Shown: positions 1 to 12,904, numbered from the stretch's first letter. The stretch: 64,000 nt of DNA from Macrostomum hystrix (GCA_950097015.1 CATNEN010000001.1:7688001-7752000), one strand, 5' to 3'. The notes: generated by a model not told the origin, from the letters alone. Program-made: numbers and translations.

Positions 1-1708
1 TTGTGTGCTTTAATTCTAAGTTATTAGCAGTATTTTTACTGAACTATTGAGTCTTGCCTATTTTACTTGGTTTCAAATTGGTAACGCCCGCCATTTTTTA
101 TTTTAGATTTGCTATGCTTTTTAAGTGCGATACCAGATGTTACGTATTTAAGTCGCTTCTTCTACAGTTTTTTGTAGTTTAAGCAAAGAGTTGTAATATT
201 ACGTTTACAACTCTTAACTGACGGCTTCAATCATAGAATATTTTCATGAATTTTTCTAAAATTTCGAATGCATTGTCTGTTGTGAAACATACCTAATCAT
301 TTTATCTTACCTAATTTTTGCCTAATCAATAATAGTTCAGTTATTTAGCACCGTGGATGGCTTGACAGTGAGAAAAATTAAGTTGCTTCTAATTTGCTTG
401 AGCTGCATAATGCAAAAACACTTATTGAAAAGCATAAAAGCATGGCTGCTATGACTTTTAATACTTCGCGCCAAAGGAATTTAATAAAAATACCTTTGAA
501 ACTGAGCTAGCTAGTTCAGTCAAAATAACAGTGTATTCATGGGTATACTTCATTGTCTAGCTGTAATGGGCTGATATTTTTTACTAAATTTATTTATGAT
601 TACTTCAATAATTTTTTTAGACTAAATTTTACTAGATATTTAGAAGTTGTTCTATTTTAGTCTCTTGGTGAGCTGATGATTACTATATTCATTTTTTCTC
701 TTGATGTGCAAGACATTACCTGGCATTTGGACACTAAGTGTTACTAAATATGTCATTTGTTAGGTTTCAGCTGGCATTTAAACAAAAAATATAAGTTTTG
801 GTTTCAAATGATCTAGAGACTGGAGTCAAGATATTGTAAAAACAAAAAAATAGCAAAACAGTTTTTATGCTAGCTTTTTGTTAATGTTGATGATGCTAGC
901 TAATTGTGAATGGTAAGTTATGCAATAGAAATGCTTGTTTTACATATATTTGTTACCATTCTGAAATAAATATCATGTTTCTATATACTAAGTATAAGAT
1001 ATATTGTGAATACTTGTGAATAAATTCAAGTTAGAAAGTTTCGGTAAATTTAGCTTATAGCTAGGAGCTATACAGTTTTACTATATTATGTGCTAATTTT
1101 TGCAGGTCACATTCAGGATAATGACCTTTTAAACTTACATGTGTTCTATAAACTTTTTTTAAAATTACTTTGAGTTTTTGCTAACTTAGTTATATTTCTG
1201 CCATTGTGTGAATAAGGTTTACTCATACTGATATGTATTATTACAATTTTTTGGTTATATAAACATATTGACTTTATTTGATTTCTATTTATGGTGTTTT
1301 ACATACACATTATTTACAAAACTGAAGAACTCTGAAGTGGTTTAACTTTTACCCAAATTCACCAACATAAAATATTCATATCATATTGCTATTAAACAGA
1401 TTTATGATTTATGCATGCTTTTAATCAGAAGAAACATTATTTTGAAACTTGTTCCGATGTATTGCTAATTAGTCAGAAGTCCTGTTTCCATTACCCACTT
1501 TGTTGCATCAAAAGTATGAGTGTTAAAAAGCAAGTATCCTGAGACAATGATGTGCAAAGTCATTCATCAGTATCTAAAAATAACTTGGTCCTATTGTATT
1601 TGCGCTTCTATTCAATGAGAAGAGCGCATTAAAATGCTGGCTATGTGGTATGTAGACAGGGCTGCTCGATAGAATGAAAAGCTGCTTCTTAACTTTTGCT
1701 ATCAACTA

Positions 1709-2019
1709 GGTTGTAGCCTAGTGGTTAGGGCGTCGGACTCACGACTTGAAGGTCGGGGGTTCGATTCCCGACTCCACTGGAACAATTTGCGTCCTTTAGC
1801 AAGACACTTATCTCTGCATTGCTTCAGTTCACCCAGTTGTTAAATGGGTACCAGCATCAGCTGGGATAATTGAAGGTGGGTGTGGCGTCCCCCCAGTCTG
1901 TGGACTGAACAGCTGTACGCAGCCTTCAGATGCGCCGCGCATTAGCTGCGGCTGTGCTGTCGGCTGCACATCTGACCCAATTGGGGCAGGTGTAATCAAT
2001 TATTATTAATTATTATTAT
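1709..2019 (+). mobile_element. tRNA-derived SINE, family A (CORE-like central domain), full length
   Basis: 5' tRNA-like head with A box (tagcctagtgg) and B box (ggttcgattcc). Central segment gcaagacacttatctc...cttcagttcacccagttgttaaatggg resembles the CORE domain. (ATT)n tail. Flanks tatcaacta/tatcaatta look like a target-site duplication (TSD). Near-identical copy at 41655-41958. Confidence 0.88.
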
Positions 2020-2060
2020 CAATTAATTTTTTCAGCCTACAGGCTATCTAATCTATTCAG

Positions 2061-2084
2061 ATGCCTCCACCGCCACCGCCTCCT

Positions 2085-2120
<36 letters not shown>

Positions 2121-4196
2121 CCACCTCCTTCCGCGCCAAAAGCTCCTAGTGGCGGTGGTGGCGGTGGTAACGACAGAAACGCCCTACTCGGAGCAATTCA
2201 ACAAGGTGCCAGATTGCGTAAAGTGCCGGAAAGCGAGAAAAATGATCGCAGCAATGCGCTGGCTGCAGCTGAGAAACCAAAAAGTTAGTAGAATTTAATG
2301 ATTTTTTATTGGGCCCGCTAGTGGTTAAAACGTCTTCAATACGACATCAAGATCGGGGGTTCGACTCCCGACTCTACGATTCTTTTTAACTCAAGCAAGA
2401 CACTCCGCGTTGCTTCAGTTCACCCAGCAGTTAAATGGGTACCAGCATCAGCTAGGGTAATTGGGTGTGGCGTCCCCCCAGTCCATGGACCAAACACCTG
2501 TACGCAGCCTTCAGATGCGCTGCGCAATAACTGCGGCTGTGTTGCGGTGAGTGCTGAAGTGAGTAGCTGAGCGGTTAGCGTTTTTCCACAGATTCCTGAG
2601 CTCGAATCCACAGTCAGGACATATTTACTCGTAATTGTGCACTAAATGTCGTGCACTTTACTCCAGTAAGGGTCAATCGTCAAGGCACATTGGCAGTTTA
2701 CACTGCCTGACAATTAGAAGGCCAGGGCAGATTTACACCTGTGTTAGTGTGTGCTCAGGAGTCAGCAGAATGGGCCGAATTGTCTCCTCGCTGGCTGCAG
2801 GTCTAGTGTCACCAAACGATGTGCCAGTGCCAACCTCCTGTTTGTCTGCTAATTTAGAAAATCTTTTGCTGACATTGACTTCATATCGAGCTGTGTTAAC
2901 ATTTCTAATAGCCCAGATTAAAAGCATGCTTAGCAGGCGCAACTGATAATGAATGTAAAATTCTTAGCAAAGTTTTTTATAACCTTCAAGGCCAACTAAA
3001 TAGCGATAGCAAGTTTGGTAGCAGTAAAAAGCAGATTTTCGTTTACTACGTATATGTGGGGCTACATGTTTTTATTCTTTTTATTTAATGCATAAAACAT
3101 AATTGCTTGTCGCCTAGGCAACGGACCTTCATCTGCTAGAGCTCCAAGTAGGGGAGGCGACGGCAGTTCACCTGCCCCAAAACCGGCCCTTCCAATTGGC
3201 GGCTCGATCCAAGACGAACTGGCCGCTCGAATGGCTCGCCGACAACAGGCAGGCGGCGGAGGCGCAAGTGGTGGATCTAGCCGACCCGCCGGAGCTCCTC
3301 AGCCTTTTCGTCTTGCCGGCCCCAACACGTCGCCAAGCTTGAAGACACCGGTTCCAGCGCCTCCTTCGCCAAATGCAAAGCCGACTTTTAATGACATCGC
3401 TGCGAATGCTTCAGAGCCGCCGCCGCCGCCGCCACAGAATCAGAAGCCTCTGCCGACACCTCCCGTCGTTCAACCACCACCAGCCCCTCCGCCGCCGCCG
3501 CCGCAGAATCAGAAGCCTCTGCCAACACCTCCCGTCGTTCAACCACCACCAGCCCCTCCGCCGCCGCCGCCGCAGAATCAGAAGCCTCTGCCGACACCTC
3601 CCGTCGTTCAACCACCACCAGCCCCTCCGCCGCCGCCGCCACAGAATCAGAAGCCTCTACCGACATCTCCCGTCGTTCAACCGCAACCAGCCCCGCCGCC
3701 GCCGCCGCCACAGAATCAGAAGCCTCTGCCGACACCTCCCGTCGTGCAGCAATCACCAGCACCTCCGCAAACACCGCCACCGATTAAGAGGTCGTCACAG
3801 CCACCCGCGGTGCAGCCTGTGTCTGTCGGAATATCGGCATCTGCCGCTATCTCCAAGGCTTCGGCTGGATTGAAGGCGGCGATGATTCCGATGCTGCCAA
3901 CACAGCCGGTTGATCAGCAGCAGCAGCAGTCGCCAGTAACAGTTGTCGCAGGCGGTCGGGCTCCACCTCCTCCACCGCCGCCGCGTGGCGCACCAAGTAC
4001 ATTCGCATCTGTGTCTCAGCCACAGTCGCAGCCGCCACCGCCACCGCCGCAGCCGCCAGTTGGGAATCCTATGCTCCAGCAGCGAGGGCAACAATCTATA
4101 AAATTTGCCAATCGGTTCAGCTTTAAGCCTGTGACGTCGTTTCCTAGAGTTCAAGCATTCATGGGGGTTCCCAAGTCTGGAGGTAGCCGACCGTAG
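2061..4196 (+). CDS. WIPF: WASP-interacting protein (WIP/verprolin family); exons 2061-2283, 3118-4196
   Basis: N-terminal polyproline, WH2 motif RNALLGAIQQGARLRKV, long proline-rich body and C-terminal WASP-binding-like segment FANRFSFKPVTSFP. The phase-1 GT-AG intron joins both ORFs in frame. Confidence 0.88.
2312..2547 (+). mobile_element. SINE family A, degenerate and 3'-truncated (WIP intron)
   Basis: Colinear similarity to 1709-2019, including ggttcgactcc and cagttcacccagcagttaaatgggtacc. Confidence 0.8.
2546..2840 (+). mobile_element. tRNA-derived SINE, family B, degenerate
   Basis: Shares head gtgagt(a/g)gc(t/a)gagcggtta and tail ctggctgcaggtctagtgtcaccaaa with the copies at 9951 and 52971. 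Confidence 0.72.
3416..3770 (+). repeat. Coding 72-bp tandem repeat (~5 copies) in WIP exon 2
   Basis: Unit encodes PPPPPPQNQKPLPTPPVVQPPPAP. Confidence 0.9.
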
Positions 4197-6071
4197 GCCA
4201 GCAACAACCAACAAAAACGTTTAAAACAAAATATGTGCGTACACTTTTAATAATTTTGCAATTTATGTCATCATTTAGGCGACATGCTGCTCACACAAGC
4301 GGATCGCAACTTTCTTAAGCAGGTTTTCATGAAAAAAAGTTTGCCTATGTGTGATAAAATTTAAGTCGGTTCTAAGCAAGTTAGTGTGGTCCTATATCAT
4401 CAGTAAGTGAATTTTCTTGGTTTTTTAGTTCAATGCTAGGCGTTGATAAGCATCAGTTTAGTTAAATTCACTGGCTTTAGATGCAGACTATTTTAAGCAC
4501 GGAGTGTGTCTTACAGAAATTCTTAACTTTTATTGAGTGTAAATCATGTACAGCCAGACAGTTGTGCTACAAGACCCACTGCAAGATATTTTAATTAATT
4601 GCTCTCTACTGCTTTCGATTATTTTAACTTTCGAGCCCTTCCCCCGCTGCCCAGACCAAATGTACATTCAATTGACCGCCACCCTACCCATTGAATGTAC
4701 ATTTATTTCTTCTACCCTCTCGTGCACTGGGGTGGGGATTGAATAGTGTTTTTGTTCGCCTGAACTTTAACCGCTAACACAGTTTTAGCGCCGGAAATTG
4801 AAAACATTTTAAACATTCGTAAAATTATTGACAGTGTCAATTATTTAAAGGCGAGCTATAAAAGAAATTATTGTAATTAGTTAATTGTCGTTCATTATAA
4901 CTTATTAACTTAAAAATTGTAGCGGGTTGGAAATATAACGAAATAATGTCAACTCAAATGATTATCTTTTAAGCCTGATTTGTCATGTCTGCATTAAAAA
5001 TACTATTTAACGTTTTTATCTTACGTTTAATTATGTTTTAACTCTTTTTTTTCACTGAAAAGTAACTTCCCTGCTTTAAAACTCTTCTTTTTGAGATAGC
5101 TAAGCCTAGGGTAAAGAAATTCTGGTGTCCGTTAGTTGCTTTTTATTACCATGAATACCTATTTGGTGCTAATTAAAGTTTTTTTATTTTTTAATGGCTG
5201 TTTCGCTGCTGCTGCATTGTGCTGCATATTCTAGGCGAAACTGTATTTTAACTATTTGTACTCAGATTCAACTTGAATTCTTTGAAATATGGTTTGTACT
5301 TTTTGCATCGATTTTTCAGTTCGCGACGTTTTTCATTAGAAGGTTCTCGTTTATGGATTTTGAGCATGTTTTTTAATATATCAACGACTTTTGATTTATT
5401 TTGGTGCCTATTTTATACTTGTGCCACACTGCCTTACATTAACATTATCGCTGTGATTTATCATTCACTTATCGATCGTATAGTGCTACAAAATCTGTTA
5501 CTTTAAGGTGATTATTAAAAGATTTCAAAGGTTGTTTTGCGTTGTTGCTATCATTTTTTTTCATTTTTATTCAGTGTTACTTTTTTACCCCAATTTTTTT
5601 CTCCTTAGAGTAATTAGTATTATAACTCGATTCGATTTATGATAACAAAAACTCTTTCAGATATGCCACTGTGTCATTTCCATTCATAATGCTTAACTAA
5701 AACGTATTTAATAATGAAGGAAAATATTAACCATGTTGCGTTGCGATGACACATTTATTGTTCCTTATTTAATTTTAAACCGTTTTAAGTTTAGCTGCGG
5801 TTAAGCAAAGCACAGTCGCTGATAAATATTCATATTAAATTTGAATTTTACTTTCACAAATAGCCTACTGAAAGTAGAAAAAGAAGAAAAATACGAAAAA
5901 AGGTACCAGGGTTTAAAAAAAATTGGTAAAATTAGCATGCTCTGCACAGTTATCCCGCTTATAAAGCTTTAATAAAACACTATTCGAATTGTGCAATATT
6001 CTGAATTCCAGAAAAATGAACCAAGCAGATTTGCTATCCAGCTATTTTTAGAAAAGTGACTCACAACGTGT

Positions 6072-6085
6072 GTTGCCATGGAAAC
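6072..6085. promoter_or_regulatory. RFX X-box motif overlapping the centlein ATG
   Basis: GTTGCCATGGAAAC matches the palindromic X-box GTTNCCATGGNAAC typical of ciliary genes. Confidence 0.6.
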
Positions 6086-9000
6086 CGCCGATCCCGCATC
6101 CGATGTTTTGCGTCGCGAGAACGAAGATCTGAGAGATCAACTGGCTAAACTGAAAGCCGATAAAGAATTTGTTTGGGCGCTTTGGAAAAAACTGCAGGTG
6201 GCTACGCCTGATGTTAGCCAAGCTGTCAGCTTAGTAGCTCAGAGGTGAGTCTACTTGAGACTTATTTTCTTTGGGTCATTAATCCCCAAATCCCTGTTAT
6301 TTTCGACGGTATCAGAATCCCCAAATCCCAGTAATTTTCGATGGGATCAGAATCCCCAAATCCCAGTAATTTTCGATGGGATCAGAATCCCCAAATCCCT
6401 GTCATTTTCGACGGTATCAGAATCCCCAAATCCCAGTAATTTTCGATGGGATCAGAATCCTCAAATCCCTGTAATTTTAAATGGGATCAGAATCCGCAAA
6501 TCCCTGTAATTTTCGATGGGATCGGAATCCTCAAATCCCAGTCATTTTCAATGGGATCAAAATCCCTAAATCCCAGTCATATTCGATGGGATCAGAATCC
6601 TCAAATCACAGTCATTTTAAATTGGATCAGAATCCCCAAATCCCATTAATATTCGATAGGATCAAAAGCCCTAAATCCCAGTCATTTTCAATGGGATCAA
6701 AATCCCTAAATCCCAGTCATATTCGATGGGATCGGAATCCTCAAATCCCAGTCATTTTCAATGGGATCAAAATCCCTAAATCCCAGTCATATTCGATGGG
6801 ATCAGAATCCTCAAATCACAGTCATTTTAAATTGGATCAGAATCCCCAAATCCCATTAATATTCGATAGGATCAAAAGCCCTAAATCCCAGTCATTTTCA
6901 ATGGGATCAAAATCCCTAAATCCCAGTCATATTCGATGGGATCAGAATCCTCAAATCACATTCATATTCGATGGGATCAGAATCCTCAAATCCCAGTCAT
7001 TTTCGATGGGATCAGAATCCTCAAATCTCAGTCATTTTAAATGGGATCGGAATCCTCAAATCCCTAGTCATATTCGACGGTATCAGAATCCCCAAATCCC
7101 AGTCATATTGGGGGATTCAGAATCCCCAAATCCCAGTAATTTTCGACGGTATCAGAATCCCCAAATCCCAGTCATATTGGGAGATTCAGAATCCCAAATC
7201 CCAGTCATATTCGATGGGATCAGAATCCTAAAATCCCAGTCGAATGAAATTTCTGAACCTTTTCCACCTGTCAGAGAACGCGAAAGATCAGAAGCGAAGG
7301 ACCAGAAGGTGTTGCAGATTTTGCAAGCAAAGGACGCTCGCCTAGAAGAACTGGAGTCACAAAATGTGCGACTATCATCTGAGATGTCTGGCCTAATGAA
7401 GCAGTGAGTTGCATCTAGTTAATTTTAGGCAATTTTTATGTGTTCATGTTAAGTACTGAACGCAACCTCTACGGAAACGTAAAAACGGCCCAATTAGGGG
7501 CCACCACAGTAAAACACACTGGCAAAATAGTAAAAGAACGGTAATTGTCAGTAGTTTGTTAAAAAATGCTTTATTTCTTTTTACAGGAAAGCCGATCTCT
7601 TAGAGCGTGTAGAACGACTTGACGCGGAAATTGTCAACCTGCACGACAAGAATCGGCACTTGCAGGGTCAGGTGAGTATTGACCATCCGTGCAATATTGG
7701 GTGATCCGTTTTTAAGGAATAATTATTTTGGGAATCATTGCTTACACTCTGATGCTGAATAGCTAGATGACACGCTAGCCTGCTGGAGGATTGCTCGGAG
7801 GATAAAATAAGCATGAGATAAGATTTAGTCTATAGTCTCTAATAGGTACTGTAGTGGAATTGTAGGTGAATTAAATCAATATTGGTTTGATTATCTTAAG
7901 TGCTGATATTCGAACCCCCGACCTCTCTAAATAACTCATAATTGGAAATCAAAAACGTCTCCTCGCCCGCTATTCCAGTTGAAGAGCGTCGAACGCGGCG
8001 CCCAGAGTCATGACAGCGCCACTCGGGACAGCCTGGCACGCAGCGAAGCCGAGGCCAGCCGGCTCCGGGCTCAGGTCGGGGCGCTCCAGGCGGAAGCTGC
8101 CGAACTGCGCGATCAGGCGGCCAGCGCGCGCCTGACTGCGCGTCAGGCTCTCGACGAAGCCAGAGCTGCCCGAGCTGCTGCAGCAGTCGATAAAGAACGA
8201 CGCGACCAATTGGAGGGCCAGGCTGCTCTGCTGCAGCAGGTGCAATCGCTTCAAGAGGGAACTCAGGTGACTGAAACATTTCAAGCAACGAGCGCGCGAA
8301 GTCAGATTTCTGTCCTAAAAAGGGCCGTTTTTATGCTCTTACAGCGCAGGATAATAATAATCGCAGGAGGGCTGCGGTAATGGTACATCATTTGGCGACA
8401 CTAGACCCGCACCCAGCGAGGAGGCAATTCTGCCCATTTCAGTTACTCCTGACTCAGGAGTCCTGAGCACACACGAACTCATATACCGTACGCAGGCACC
8501 CACCGTACTCACTTAGGCCATAATAATCTGCCCATAATAAATTGTTAACCGCTCTAACACTCAACAGGCCATGCTAGAGACTCAATCGGACGAGCTCGCC
8601 TGCCTGCGCGCCGAGGTGCAACGCTGGCGCGACAGATGCGCCGAGCTAGAAGCTCGCCTGGACACGAAAAGCGATGCAAAGAGTGCCGCAGCCCCCGTGC
8701 CTGACTATCCGTACAAGGTGGCCCAATTGGAGGCTCAGATTTCTAGTCTGAAGTCGCGCCTTCGCGGTATCAACTCGACTCCAGTTCCGCAGGCCATGGT
8801 GGAGTTGCAGAGTCGGGTAAATGCGTCCACTAAGCGAGCCGCCGCGGCCGAGGCAGAGCTGCGGCTGCGGGACGCCGAGACGGCTCGCCTAAGCGCCGAG
8901 TTGCGCAAGAAAACCGCCCGGGTCAAAGCGCTCAAAGTGACCCTGCAGCAGGCTAGAGCAGATGGAGAGCAGCGACTCGAGGCTGAGCAGCTGCTGGGAG

Positions 9001-12000
9001 AGAAGTGAGTTTGTTGTGTTTAGTCTCAAATTTAGTGGCGTAAATAAAAAACCTGGTGTGTAGACTGTCGGCTAGTTCAAAGGAAAGTGTGAAAATCAAT
9101 TAAAATAGCTGATACTGTAGATTGTCGGCTTGTTCAAAGGAAAATGTGAAGGTCAATTAAATAGCTGATACTGTACATTGTCGGCTAGTTCAAAGGAAAA
9201 TGTGAAGGTCAATTAAATAGCTGATACTGTAGATTGTCGGCTTGATCAAAGGAAAGTGTGAAGGTCAATTAAAATAGCTGATACTGTAGATTGTCGGCTA
9301 GTTCAAAGGAAAGTGTGAAGGTCGATTAAATAGCTGATACTGTAGATTGTCGGCTAGTTCAAAGGAAAGTGTGTAAGTCAAATCAACTACCTAACAATCT
9401 AGATTAGAGGCTAGTTCATATGGGACATTGAGTGCGATTATAAAGTTCAAATTAGCTTTTTATATTTTTAGCCTTCAAGAACGTAGATTACACATCAAAT
9501 AAGCGCCAGCTCAGCAACTGTGCTGGTATCTGCAGTAAAAATGACCCCTGATTTCTTCTGGCCTTCAGCGCGCGCCTACAAAACGAGCTGGCTCTAGCTC
9601 AGGTGCAGCTAGTTGAGCACACGGCCACCTCGCAGCAGCTGCGCAAATCCTTAGAATTCGAACGTCGCGCCTGCGCCGAGCTTAGAGAGGCCGTCGAGTC
9701 GGCCGCCGCGTCGGCCACTGCTCGACCAGAGGAATTGAGAATTCTCAATGAGGAATTGGAGAGCGCCAGGCGCAAGGTGCTGCAGCTGCGCGATCTGATC
9801 GGGCGCCAGACTCGCGAGCTGGAGGCCCACTCTCGTGCCAGGCGCGAAGCTGACGATCGCGCCGACGCGGCGCGCGCTGAACTAGCGCGTAAAAATCAGG
9901 TATTGTATAGCTACTCACATTTGCAAATTAAGCCAAAGAATCAGGGCTAGGGGTGAGTGGCAGAGCGGTTAACGCGTTTGCCTCTCGCACCAAGGTCCCT
10001 GAGTTCGATTCCGCTGCGACGCCACATTCATTTGGGGCGCAACCGCTCAGAGAAGGCTTCGAGCTTGTCATGCAACCCCCGAGGCACTCAGGAGTTGCTC
10101 AAGGGTCAGCGGAACGGGTGGAATTGCCTCCCTGCTGGCTGCGGGTCTAGTGTCACCAAATGACGTGCCATTGCCTGCGGCCCTCCTGCAATTTATATTT
10201 TTATTTGGTTAAAGAACCTTTATATAAAAAACTTTTTTCCTTGCATTTCTACTCACAGTAGTGCAGTTCGCAACCCTTACTCGCATTTTGTCAGGTACTA
10301 ATCGAAATGAAGCGCTACCTGCGCCATCTGGGCCGGCGAGTCAGCGGTTTGAGAACAATGAGCAGTCTTGGCGGCGGCAGTGCCAGAGTTGCTCGGCCGA
10401 ATTTCCGATCCAGAGCACAGCCGCATGATTCCAATGGCGACGATGACTTCGGTTGGGAAGACCTGCCAACTGACGACGACTTCGTCGGAGTCGCATTCGA
10501 CCATGACCCGGATGCTGGCAGCGGCTTGGATGACGCAACAGCTGATTTGGAGAGGCGACAACCCGACAGCGGCTGCAGTCTCGGTAGGGCCATTGCGGCG
10601 AAAGCTTCTGCAGCCGATGAGCCAAGCCGGCCGATGTCTATGGCCAGACTTCAGGCTCGAGCTGGCGCCCTCCAGCAGCAGCTATTGCAGTGCCGCCGGT
10701 CCAGACAGAAGACCGTCGCCGAACGCGATCGTCTCTCGGCTGAACTTAATAGGCAGCGAAGTGAGCTGGCACAGTGCCAGGCCAGGTGCCGACGACTCAA
10801 GGAGGCTTGCGACAAAGCGGTGAGTTGATAATAATAATAATTGCAGGAGGGCTGCGGGCAGTGGCACATCATTTGGTGACACTAGACCCTCAGCCAGCGA
10901 GGAGGCAATTCTGACCATTTCGCTGATTCCTGAGCACACACGCACAGGTGTGTACATCTGCCCTAACTTTCTCATCGTCAGGCTGTGTAGGCACTCTGAA
11001 CTGTGCCTAGGCGGTTGGCCCTCAAGGGCGTAAATTGCGCGACAAGCCGCCAAATGAATGTGGCCTCCCCGCGGAGTCGAACTCAGGGACCTTAGTTATA
11101 GAATTATAATCTGGCTGAATTGATAGACTAAGAAAGAACCACCGCTCTAACCACTGGGTAACATCTCCTTAAGACCGTAAAGACTGTCTCTTACTGCGAA
11201 GACCCATTCTTCAAACACCCATTACATCAGCAGCAACAGCTGCAGCAGACGCAGTCGACTAAAGACCCCGGTTATCACTCTGAGGGCCCGACTGCCGACG
11301 ATAACTATCTAGGAGGCGAAGAGAATCGCGCGGGCTTGTCTTTGAGCAGTTCGGCAGCGGCAGCGGCAGCAGAAGCGGCCGCCTCTCTAGCCAGCTGTCG
11401 TCAGGCGAAGGCGCGTATTGAACGAGAACTTCGGTCGGCTCGAGACACAATTGAAGAATTGCGTAGGCGGGTCAGATCGGCGGAGGAGTCGGCGGCGGCT
11501 GATCGAACGGCGGCGGAGAGAGCCAAGTCGAAGGTCAACGCCTTGAAGGAGAACGTCAGGTGTGTGACGGAAAAAAGGGGAAAGTTGTCTGTTGTCTGTG
11601 GTCGGAATATAGATAGGATAGGAAAGATTGTAGGAATGGGGAAGACTCTAGGGATGGGGAAGACACTAGGGATGGGGAAGATTCTAGGGATGGGGAAGCG
11701 AGTGCGGATTGTCAACGAGCCCCCGCGAATGTCTGGCACCGCAGGCGCTCGCAGTCGCAGCTGGAGGCGTCGAGAACAGCCGCCACATCCGCTGGTGAAC
11801 AGCGTCGCCGCTTTGAACAGCTGTGGCAGGAGGCCCGCGCTGAGCTAGACCAGGCTCGAGCTCGGGCTCGCTCGCTTGCCGCCGATTCTGAACGACGTCG
11901 TCGATTAGCCGACGAAGCTTCGGCTCGTTCTACCGCCGCCGAGGCGGCTGCGCGCGACGAACTGTCAGCCTGTCAGGCCAAACTGGGCGTTGCCGATCGG

Positions 12001-12904
12001 TTGCTAGGCCAGATCGCCCGACTAGCCGAATCGAAAGCGGACACTGCGCGACTACTTTTAGGTGCCTACTGCGACCGACTGCAGGCGGCGCCTCCGATAC
12101 TGCCGTCGGTTTCGACGCAATCGACGACAACTGAGCACCAGATGAGAGCCAGGCAGCGAGCGGCCGGTATTTTGCATTTGACCGACTGCGAGCTCGACTC
12201 GCTACTCAATGCCAATCAGGCGACCGCTGAGCCCGCTAGTTCGGCTTGTCGAATCGGCCAGCTGCGTTTGGCTATGGGCAGCCGAGAGACTGACAAACAG
12301 TGGGCCAATCAGTGCCTGAGACTCGCGCAGGCTATCAGGGTTTGTTTTAAGATTTTGTTGATTTTGCTGTTTTAGTCTATGGTAAAAATGCGCAGTTTTA
12401 GTCTATGGTGAAAGCTACATCGCTTTAGTTTATGGTTAATGCTACATCGTTCTAGTCTATGGTGAAAGCTACGTCGTTTTAGAAGCTACATAGTTTTAGT
12501 CTATGCTTAAAGCTACGTCACGTCGTTATAGTCTATGGTTATAAAGCTACGTCGTTCTAGTCTATGGTGAAAGCTACGTCGTTTTAGAAGCTACATAGTT
12601 TTAGTCTATGGTTAAAGCTAGAATGTTTTAGCCTATGGTTAAAACTAGAATATTTTAGTCAATGATTAAAGCATTGACAGTTTTTGTCTTAGGTTACAGC
12701 TACACAGTTTTAGTCTATGGTTGAAACTACATAGCTTTAGTCTAATGAAAAGTTTGCACTGTCACTAGCTATAACTTGCTCTTACATTTGCAGAACTGCT
12801 CCTTATCTGGTAGTTGTTCGAACAGCGAAGCCGATCAACTATTGGACAAATTCTCCGAGAAATTCGACGAGTTCGTGAACGCAGTTCGTCTATTGGCTGT
12901 GTGA
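6078..12904 (+). CDS. CNTLN: Centlein (centriolar coiled-coil protein); exons 6078-6244, 7275-7403, 7587-7671, 7979-8266, 8568-9004, 9569-9899, 10295-10819, 11231-11559, 11745-12339, 12794-12904
   Basis: N-terminal ADKEFVWALWKKLQVATPDVSQAVSLVAQRERERSEAKDQKVLQILQAKD matches the conserved centlein N-terminus. Long coiled coil. All junctions are GT-AG with compatible phases. AATAAA near 13046. Confidence 0.85.
6280..7240. repeat. 35-bp minisatellite in centlein intron 1
   Basis: Unit tttcgatgggatcagaatccccaaatcccagtaat, with higher-order blocks. Confidence 0.93.
8352..8563 (-). mobile_element. SINE family B, internally deleted (centlein intron 4)
   Basis: Reverse complement of the family B tail plus a head fragment (ttaaccgctctaacactca). 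Confidence 0.7.
9055..9380. repeat. ~56-bp minisatellite (~6 copies) in centlein intron 5
   Basis: Unit aaggaaagtgtgaaggtcaattaaatagctgatactgtagattgtcggctagttca. Confidence 0.9.
9951..10205 (+). mobile_element. SINE family B (centlein intron 6)
   Basis: A box tggcagagcgg, B box agttcgattcc, family tail ggtctagtgtcaccaaatga...cctcctgcaattt. Confidence 0.82.
10829..11157 (-). mobile_element. SINE family B (centlein intron 7)
   Basis: Reverse-complement match to the 52971-53338 copy, with a (TAA)n tail at 10829. Confidence 0.8.
11175..11203 (+). other. Spliced-leader exon-like fragment
   Basis: ccgtaaagactgtctcttactgcgaagac matches 28/29 nt of the 5' part of the Macrostomum SL as I recall it (CCGTAAAGACGGTCTCTTACTGCGAAGACTCAATTTATTGCATG). 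It lacks the 3' AUG, donor and Sm site, so it is not an SL RNA gene. Confidence 0.7.
12372..12745. repeat. Degenerate ~28-bp minisatellite in the last centlein intron
   Basis: Repeated gttttagtctatggttaaagctac. Confidence 0.85.

Noticed and set aside
1709-1780. tRNA gene calls at SINE heads (also 9951 and 52971)
   Set aside because: They continue into a shared SINE body and tail in multiple copies and do not form a clean cloverleaf.
3373-4214. Arg-rich alternative-frame and antisense ORFs over WIP
   Set aside because: By-products of CCG-rich proline codons.
6255-7274. Long ORFs through the 35-bp array (e.g. 6481-7407)
   Set aside because: Only 7275-7403 is a real exon. The rest is intronic repeat.
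11175-11300. Functional SL RNA gene
   Set aside because: Similarity stops before the terminal AUG, and no donor GT or Sm-binding site follows.
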